Assembly: GCA_964565685.1 (NCBI GenBank)
Contig: CAZMFR010000001.1
Coordinates: forward strand, 36,376 to 100,375
Source: an uncultured Candidatus Saccharibacteria bacterium
GTDB taxonomy: Bacteria; Patescibacteriota; Minisyncoccia; Phycocordibacterales; PALSA-1337
DNA: 64,000 nt
Direction: 5' to 3'
The notes beneath the pieces are model-generated. The model saw only the letters and a program-made list of their open reading frames with translations. It did not search any database and was not told the origin of the DNA. The translations under genes were made by a program, and so were the position numbers. Each line of letters opens with the position of its first letter. Within the stretch, counting starts at the first letter, position 1. Shown one piece after another: positions 57,858-64,000 of the stretch.

Positions 57858-58868
57858 CTAGAGATTATATATTTCCTTTGCCGTTTTCACAATCTTTTCA
57901 ATTGCCTCTGGAAGTGGCATAGTGAGCGTCGCCCCAGCTGCCGCCCTGTGCCCGCCGCCGCCGAGAGCCACTGCAAGTTTTGATAAATCGTATTTTTCTG
58001 CATCGCGAGTCGAAAAGCTGATTTTTACATTATCATCTTTGTTCTCTATGCAACAGGCGCAGACTTCCCAACCCACAACAGACTTCAATAGATTGACCGC
58101 CCAGCGTGTTCCGCTATCAAGATCGATGATTCCATTTTTCTTCAAATCTTCGCTCGAAACCGATGCAATGGCCATAGATCCGTTTAAAAATGTCTTGATG
58201 TTCGAAAGAACAAGCCCCAAGGAAATCAGTTCTTCCGGTTTTCTGCAGTTTTCCATCGTCGCGATGAGCTTTGGAAAAGTAGGATATGATTTTGCAAGCT
58301 CACTGGCGACGAACAAGACATTGGGGGTCACGCTTTCGTATCTAAAGCCACCAGTATCAGTATAAGCACCGATGAATAAATCTCCAGCCATATCAGACGT
58401 AATTTTGATTTTCCAAACTTTGAAAAGCTCAAAAAGTATAAGGGCTGTCGCTGGATAGCTTGAATCTACGAGATTAACAGCCGTTCCAAAGCTGGCATTG
58501 CTTATGTGATGGTCGATAACTATTGTCGGCAATGAAGCGGGGATATTCATTTTTCCCAAATGTGACACCCTATCCAAACTGCCTGTATCTTGAATTATGA
58601 ATAGATCAAACTCCTCCAGATCGACTTCGAAAAAATTCTTCGGCACGATCGAGTCTGCGCCGGGAAAATGCATGAAGGCCTGCGGGATCTCGCTGTCGCC
58701 GCGGATGACAGTGGCTTTCTTGCCCATTTGTTCGATGGCGAACTTCATAGCCAGGGCCGAGCCGACAGAATCAGGGTCAGGAGAAGGATGACAATGCAAA
58801 AGAACGCTTTTTGAGCCCTTGATCGCCTTGAGGATTTTTGGTGCGGCTTCTTTGACAATTCTGGTCAT
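57858..58868 (-). CDS. nrnA: DHH/DHHA1-family phosphoesterase (NrnA-like nanoRNase / pAp phosphatase)
   Basis: HCHPSPDPDSVGSA, IVIDHH and GGGGHRAAAG motifs. The start is at the internal ATG; the upstream part of the ORF covers a palindromic element. Confidence 0.7.
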   Translation of the reverse strand: MTRIVKEAAPKILKAIKGSKSVLLHCHPSPDPDSVGSALAMKFAIEQMGKKATVIRGDSEIPQAFMHFPGADSIVPKNFFEVDLEEFDLFIIQDTGSLDRVSHLGKMNIPASLPTIVIDHHISNASFGTAVNLVDSSYPATALILFELFKVWKIKITSDMAGDLFIGAYTDTGGFRYESVTPNVLFVASELAKSYPTFPKLIATMENCRKPEELISLGLVLSNIKTFLNGSMAIASVSSEDLKKNGIIDLDSGTRWAVNLLKSVVGWEVCACCIENKDDNVKISFSTRDAEKYDLSKLAVALGGGGHRAAAGATLTMPLPEAIEKIVKTAKEIYNL

Positions 58869-58899
58869 GGAGATATTAAAGCACAATATCGCAAGTTTT

Positions 58900-58923
58900 A
58901 GTACAAGGGCTACCCTTGGACAA
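58900..58923. repeat. palindromic hairpin element: AGTACAAGGGCTACCCTTGGACAA
   Basis: Intergenic, upstream of nrnA. Confidence 0.8.
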
Positions 58924-58959
58924 TAAAAACGCGGCTTCAATGGAAACCGCGTCGTGAAC

Positions 58960-59847
58960 TTAAAAGCGCTTGCTGAAAGAGAACCTCCACAAAGCACTGC
59001 CGTCGAACACATAGCCGAACGACAACGACTCGTCGAGTGCGAATATCCTGTCTATGCTCGCCGATGCCCTCGAATCAGATCTCGATCCGTTCAGATGTAT
59101 AGGATCTATAGAGAAGCCGCCGACGATCTGCCATGAAGAGGTCAAGGGGATTATCGTTTCCTCCTCGACGAGCATCGAATCCGATGGAACATAGCGCAAA
59201 CGAATGTCCTCGAACAATATCGGCTTGCCGGAATGGTTTTTCCAGACCGAACTCTGATAGAGATACGGCCGTTCGTCTAGAAAATGCGGAGCGAATAGCA
59301 TGCTCTCATCCTCTCGTCTCGTTTGCCACCATGATATCTGCGAAGCGGTGGCCATAGGCGATATGGGATCCAGCTGTTCTTCGGCCGTATTTCCGACAGT
59401 GCCCGCAAACAGCCATGCGAACCAACCTTCCAATCCATCCCAGTTACGCCATTTTTCCACTACCTCCGAATGCGCTGCCATCTCGCGACCAGCGTTCAAA
59501 AACGAGCGTCTTATGACAGATTCTCCTTCATTGTTCCATTCGGATATGACTGAATATCCGTTATATTCGCCCCTTAATATCCAGTCCGGGTCCGACGACC
59601 AGCCGACACTGTCAAAGGCGGATACCGAGCCGGATTTTTGGATATATTCGAGATAAGTATCAGACAGACTGCCAGCCGTCTTTTGCCGCCCCAGTTCAAG
59701 ATCGAAGACCGGAGATGCAGACACTGTGGTGTTGGTATCTTGTTTGCCTGGTTGTGCCAAACAGACATTATTAGTGGGCTCTTCTCCATAAAGAGGAGAG
59801 CATGCGACCAGAGCAACGACGACACAAGCTTCTTTTTGTAGATCCAT
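58960..59847 (-). CDS. hypothetical secreted protein / lipoprotein-like
   Basis: N-terminal signal (VVVALVACSPL). 295 aa, W-rich, no motif. Confidence 0.45.
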   Translation of the reverse strand: MDLQKEACVVVALVACSPLYGEEPTNNVCLAQPGKQDTNTTVSASPVFDLELGRQKTAGSLSDTYLEYIQKSGSVSAFDSVGWSSDPDWILRGEYNGYSVISEWNNEGESVIRRSFLNAGREMAAHSEVVEKWRNWDGLEGWFAWLFAGTVGNTAEEQLDPISPMATASQISWWQTRREDESMLFAPHFLDERPYLYQSSVWKNHSGKPILFEDIRLRYVPSDSMLVEEETIIPLTSSWQIVGGFSIDPIHLNGSRSDSRASASIDRIFALDESLSFGYVFDGSALWRFSFSKRF

Positions 59848-59947
59848 AAGGCATCATATCCTTTCTCGTCTTTATTTGGTTTTTTCTAATGTAATGTGCT
59901 TTAAAAACTCTGGCAATGATACTCCTACTGCGGTTTTACACAAGTAA

Positions 59948-59972
59948 CAGTCCAAGGGCTACCCTTGGACTA
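59948..59972. repeat. palindromic hairpin element: CAGTCCAAGGGCTACCCTTGGACTA
   Basis: Intergenic. Confidence 0.8.
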
Positions 59973-60033
59973 TTGTAAGAAAAAACCCGCGACCTATAGA
60001 AGCGCGGGCTTTCCTCATAATTTGAATTCGAAC

Positions 60034-60831
60034 TTACTGCGGAGTCGTGGAAGCGAATCTCTTGAATCCCTTACCATTCATTCCCCTTGCAAAATCATTC
60101 CCTTTTCCAAAAGCAACCTCCGGCATGATCGTGACCTTTGAAGCAAGGATTTCATTCGTCGAAGTCGTCGTACCTATTACCGCAACCAGGTTCCCGACAG
60201 CGATATCAGAGAATTCCGCTGTCGTGGTGCCCTCTCGAAACGCCGTTCCGGAATCTGTGTCGATCGTCAGCGTCGTAGTGCCAGTTTTTGTCCTTTCGTC
60301 CAGAGCGAACGATGCATCGCCAGTCACCGCAGACACTGATCCAAAAGCCGCCGGTCGAACAAAATTTTTGTCAAAAGCACGAGTCGAGGAAGCAAATGAA
60401 TGGCCGGTAGTGGAACCAATGCGGCCACCCTTTTCCCATGCCGGCGGGCCAGTAGTTTGAGGCAAAACCCCATCGAATATTATTTTTGCATTTATATTAG
60501 TGCCAGAAACGGTGCCTATAACAGCAATTTTGTCGTTGATTTGTATGCTAGAAGCCGTGGTCGTTGCGCCTGATCTCAGGATTTTGGAGTTGGAAGTGTT
60601 TACGGTATAAGTCGTGATAGCCGCGGTAGAACTGGCCTGCACTGTAATAGTCAAGTTGGTCGAATCGTCGACCGATGACACGATTCCGACGATTGGACGA
60701 GCAAATGAAGCATTGCCGCCATGACCAAAGGATCCTCTCGTCGTTGAAGCGGTCTGCGCGCAAGCCGCGCTCGCTACGACTAGAAACCCCACTATGGCGA
60801 CAGCGATTGGAATTTTATTGATGCTTTTCAT
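60034..60831 (-). CDS. hypothetical secreted Thr/Ser-rich protein with two internal repeats
   Basis: Signal peptide MKSINKIPIAVAIVGFLVVASAACA. Two roughly 45-aa repeats (…IAVIGTVSGTNINAKII… and …VAVIGTTTSTNEILASKVTI…). Confidence 0.45.
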   Translation of the reverse strand: MKSINKIPIAVAIVGFLVVASAACAQTASTTRGSFGHGGNASFARPIVGIVSSVDDSTNLTITVQASSTAAITTYTVNTSNSKILRSGATTTASSIQINDKIAVIGTVSGTNINAKIIFDGVLPQTTGPPAWEKGGRIGSTTGHSFASSTRAFDKNFVRPAAFGSVSAVTGDASFALDERTKTGTTTLTIDTDSGTAFREGTTTAEFSDIAVGNLVAVIGTTTSTNEILASKVTIMPEVAFGKGNDFARGMNGKGFKRFASTTPQ

Positions 60832-60938
60832 ATTTTTATTATTTATGGTTATCTGATAATAAAGACGGCTCTGTCTCATTTTTACGATTTTATTTTTATG
60901 AGAGGTATACGCGGTAGAGCTACGGTCGGGTGCAACCC

Positions 60939-60963
60939 GTGTACAAGGTAGCACCTTGTACTT
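60939..60963. repeat. palindromic hairpin element: GTGTACAAGGTAGCACCTTGTACTT
   Basis: Intergenic, in a divergent promoter region. Confidence 0.8.
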
Positions 60964-60981
60964 TGTTAAAAACCGATTTCA

Positions 60982-61563
60982 ATGTACAATTATGTTATGG
61001 AAAAACCCTTTGCCGAGCGAACCCAAGAGAAAATGCGAGAAGTCCTTATGGATCAATCAGCAGACGGACCGGATGTTCACTATTATATGATTCGTGGCGG
61101 CAAGGAAAAGCTGAACATCACTGTCATGGAGACAGGCACCGTCGGCGGAGAATATATAAAGACCTATGGGCACTACCATGTCTTCGATTTCAAAGAGACT
61201 TACAAAATAATCCACGGCAACGGATTGGTTCTCTTGCAGATCAGAAAAAAGGACGCCAACGGCGATTTTATAGATGACGAGATCTCTTCATTTCAGACAA
61301 TCGAAGTTGGCCCGGGAAGCGTGGTCGAAATCCCCTCTTTTGCCGGACATCTGTTGATCAATACAGGCAAAACGTGGCTCGTCACCAGCGACGACAGCGT
61401 TTTCGATCCGGCAGGCGATTCTTCCAGCATGCCAAAACACGCAGACTACGAAGCGGTCAAGAAAATGCGAGGATTCGCGTATTATGTCATAGAAAAAGAC
61501 GGCAAGCCGTCTTTTATAAAGAATAAAAGATACAAGAACGTGCCAGAAATTGAAATGAAATGA
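60982..61563 (+). CDS. cupin-type glucose-6-phosphate isomerase-like protein (archaeal-type cPGI)
   Basis: TVGGEYIKTYGHYHVFDFKETY fits the cupin-PGI signature GxEx3TxGHxH...ExY. A second cupin motif, FAGHLLINTG, is present. 193 aa. Confidence 0.45.
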   Translation: MYNYVMEKPFAERTQEKMREVLMDQSADGPDVHYYMIRGGKEKLNITVMETGTVGGEYIKTYGHYHVFDFKETYKIIHGNGLVLLQIRKKDANGDFIDDEISSFQTIEVGPGSVVEIPSFAGHLLINTGKTWLVTSDDSVFDPAGDSSSMPKHADYEAVKKMRGFAYYVIEKDGKPSFIKNKRYKNVPEIEMK

Positions 61564-61634
61564 GAGTTTATAAAGCGAATGCGAGCATTCCTGACTTTAC
61601 AACTTTAAGGATTTTATAGGATTTAAGACTGATC

Positions 61635-62990
61635 ATGTCCTACCAACTTCAACCAGACAAAAAAGCATACATAATCGCCGTAGACATGGGCTATGGCCAT
61701 CAGCGCGCCGCTTTCCCCTTGCTTTCGATATCGACCACGCCAAAAGCTTGGAACATCGAAAAGCCATTCATCATAACTGCCAATGATTACCCTTCTATTC
61801 CGCGTTCCGACAAATTCAAATGGTTTTGCACGCGCAAGATATATGAGAGCATATCTAGATTCCAGGGCTTCCCCATCTTTGGCAAGAGGATCTTTCATCT
61901 GATGAGCTATCTGCAAAGGATCGAGCCATTCTATCCGCGACGCGACCTTTCAAAAGCCACTTTTCCCGTAAAGCTCGTATATAGCTTGATCAGGCACGGT
62001 CTAGGTAAACACTTGATCGATGCGTTGAACGAGAATCCACTGGCTATAATCTGCTCTTTCCCTATTCCCGCCCTTTGCGCCGAAGAGCACGGCTACAAAG
62101 GAGAGATCTATTGCTTGTGCACAGACACTGACATAGCGCGCTCTTGGGCGCCTCTACATCCGGAAAAGAGCCGCATCATCTATCTGGCGCCGACGCCTCG
62201 CGCGAAAGAACGGCTGAAGCTCTATGGGATAAGAGAAGAAAAAATAGCAGTCACCGGCTTTCCTTTGCCAAAAGAGGATTCCGACAAAGTCTTGCTTGAA
62301 AACTTGAAAACCAGGATATCAAAGCTGGATCCTAGCGGAATATATCACAAAAAATTCCAAAAGCTTTTGTCGCTCTATCTAGGACGTGGCTTCGTCAAAG
62401 CGAAAAACGAAGGGCCGCTGTCAATCACTTTCGCCATAGGCGGCGCAGGGGCGCAATCGGATATCGCTTTGAAGATCCTAGATTCATTCTCGGAAAAGAT
62501 CCGCAAAGGAGAGGTCCGGCTGAATTTGGTGGCCGGCACCTCCGCCGCGATTATGAAAAGATTCGATAGAGCGGTGCGCAAACTGTTTCTGGAATCTCTC
62601 ACAAATGGATCCGTGACGATCCTGTACAGCTCCGACAAATATGAGTATTTCCGAAGATTCAATGCTCTATTGACCGAAACTGACATTCTCTGGACAAAAC
62701 CGAGCGAGCTGTCTTTTTACGCCGGTCTGGGCTTGCCGATCGTCATGTCGCCGCCGCTCGGTTCGCAGGAAGAATTCAATCGTGCATGGCTTTATATGAT
62801 GGGCGCTGGCTTTGAACAATATGACCCGCGCTATGCCGACGAATGGTTGTTCGATTGGATACGATCCGGCTGGCTGGCAGAGGCCGCCATGAATGGTTTT
62901 TTGAACGCTTCAAAAAATGGCACAGAACATATAATAGATCTTGTCCTCTATGGCAAGAAAACCGAGATCGAAGAGGTTCATTTCGTGTAA
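61635..62990 (+). CDS. hypothetical protein, possibly GT-B-fold glycosyltransferase-like
   Basis: 451 aa. N-terminal IIAVDMGYGHQRAA resembles the G-rich loop of MurG/MGDG-synthase-like GT28 enzymes. Weak. Confidence 0.35.
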   Translation: MSYQLQPDKKAYIIAVDMGYGHQRAAFPLLSISTTPKAWNIEKPFIITANDYPSIPRSDKFKWFCTRKIYESISRFQGFPIFGKRIFHLMSYLQRIEPFYPRRDLSKATFPVKLVYSLIRHGLGKHLIDALNENPLAIICSFPIPALCAEEHGYKGEIYCLCTDTDIARSWAPLHPEKSRIIYLAPTPRAKERLKLYGIREEKIAVTGFPLPKEDSDKVLLENLKTRISKLDPSGIYHKKFQKLLSLYLGRGFVKAKNEGPLSITFAIGGAGAQSDIALKILDSFSEKIRKGEVRLNLVAGTSAAIMKRFDRAVRKLFLESLTNGSVTILYSSDKYEYFRRFNALLTETDILWTKPSELSFYAGLGLPIVMSPPLGSQEEFNRAWLYMMGAGFEQYDPRYADEWLFDWIRSGWLAEAAMNGFLNASKNGTEHIIDLVLYGKKTEIEEVHFV

Positions 62991-63119
62991 AATGCTCGTC
63001 TAAAGTCTACTGATCTTCATACGATCTTTGCGCTTTTTTGTGCTTATGGATCCGGCTTGCAATTACTTTCTTATCCTATATAGTGAAAACAGGAACGGTG
63101 AACTTTTACAAAAAAATAT

Positions 63120-64000
63120 ATGAATTATTATCCAAAACATTATTGTGGAATATTTGGCGTCAAAGACATGCCAAATGCGGCAGAATTGGCCTACTATGGA
63201 CTATACGCTTTGCAACATCGCGGCCAAGAAAGCGCCGGCATCGTCAGCACGAACGGGAAAAGCTTTTACGAACACAAGGGCATGGGGCTGGTGCCAAACA
63301 TCTTTACAGGATCGGTCTTGCAAGCTCTCGGCGGAAATACAGTAAAGATGGCTATTGGGCACAATCGATATTCTACTGCCGGCGGATCGGAGATAAAGAA
63401 CGCCCAACCGCTGTCGGTAGAATGCAAATTCGGACCTATCGCGCTCGCACATAACGGCAACCTGACTAACACCCGCCCCCTGCGCGCAGAGCTGGAGAGC
63501 CATGGAGCATTATTCCGGACGACTACGGACAGCGAGATAATGCTGATCCTCTTGGCGCAATCAGATGCATCTTCACTTGACCAAGCCATCCTCGATATGA
63601 TGGAAAGAGTCGAAGGTGCATATTCCCTCGTCATCATGACGAGGGACGCTCTCATCGCCGTGCGTGATCCGCATGGGTTTCGACCGTTATCGCTCGGCAC
63701 ATTGGATGGAAATCCAGTCGTAGCCAGCGAAACATGCGCATTCGACGTCATAAACGCGCGCTTTGAACGAGAGGTAAAACCGGGCGAGGTGGTCATATTC
63801 GAAGGAAACAAGACGCGTATGCTCACGGCGCAAAATCAGTCAGAGAAAAAACCGGAAAGATCCTTCTGTGCGTTCGAATACGTATACTTTGCCAGACCAG
63901 ATAGCATCATGGGAGGCAGAGACATCTACAGCGTGCGCTTCGCAATGGGAGAAAGACTTGCCAATGAATATCCAATCGATGCGGATATCATAGTGCCGAT
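63120..64000 (+). CDS. purF: amidophosphoribosyltransferase (glutamine PRPP amidotransferase), 3'-truncated by window end
   Basis: N-terminal nucleophile Cys, MNYYPKHYCGIFGV. RGQESAGI, GHNRYSTAG and AHNGNLTN motifs. The frame is open to the end of the window. Confidence 0.85.
   Translation, partial: MNYYPKHYCGIFGVKDMPNAAELAYYGLYALQHRGQESAGIVSTNGKSFYEHKGMGLVPNIFTGSVLQALGGNTVKMAIGHNRYSTAGGSEIKNAQPLSVECKFGPIALAHNGNLTNTRPLRAELESHGALFRTTTDSEIMLILLAQSDASSLDQAILDMMERVEGAYSLVIMTRDALIAVRDPHGFRPLSLGTLDGNPVVASETCAFDVINARFEREVKPGEVVIFEGNKTRMLTAQNQSEKKPERSFCAFEYVYFARPDSIMGGRDIYSVRFAMGERLANEYPIDADIIVP

Noticed and set aside
17878-60963. Possibility that the palindromic repeats are a CRISPR array
   Set aside because: The copies are not regularly spaced and have no intervening unique spacers of uniform length. 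They are dispersed over 43 kb and lie inside genes. No cas genes are present.
1-64000. tRNA, rRNA or tmRNA genes
   Set aside because: No T-arm consensus (GGTTCGANTCC), no tmRNA tag-reading frame and no rRNA-like conserved stretches were recognised by eye. A covariance-model scan would be needed to be certain.

Overview
This 64 kb window looks like a small-genome, Patescibacteria/CPR-like bacterial chromosome segment. The lineage call is an inference from gene content and style: many short genes, pilus genes, leaderless-looking starts, low-complexity protein extensions. It is densely coding. Housekeeping genes include typA, truB, ilvE-like, hisS, rpoD, dnaG, mnmA, mltG, prfA, rpmE, htpX, groES-groEL, secG, rnj, ppiB-like, nrnA-like and purF. 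There are also two two-component sensor kinases and one OmpR-type response regulator. A long minus-strand cluster at 2.3-11.7 kb encodes a type IV pilus-like apparatus: pilB and pilC, three to four prepilin-like proteins including a 467-aa pilin with LVIVD-like repeats, and a 924-aa VirD4/TraG-like P-loop ATPase. No rRNA, tRNA or CRISPR array was recognised. Two repeat families stand out. The first is a roughly 22-25 bp perfect hairpin palindrome of the form GT(A/C)CAAGG(G/T)-NNN-(A/C)CCTTG(T/G)AC, present in at least 15 copies. Some copies sit at gene ends. At least 7 sit in frame inside conserved CDSs: truB has 2 and a UvrD-like helicase-nuclease has 5-6. This is a Rickettsia-palindromic-element-like or REP-like behaviour. 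The second is a roughly 45 bp AT-rich element, TTTTAACTTTTCTTTAGAACTTTTTTAACTTTTCTTAATA, followed 8 nt later by a TATAAT-like -10 box. It is found upstream of pilB, a pilin gene, a MazF/PemK-like gene and a histidine kinase. Other oddities include an in-frame tandem-repeat insertion in mnmA and an orphan MazF-like endoribonuclease without a visible antitoxin. There is also a PEP-CTERM-like C-terminal anchor on a secreted protein and a lysine-rich N-terminus on RpoD.
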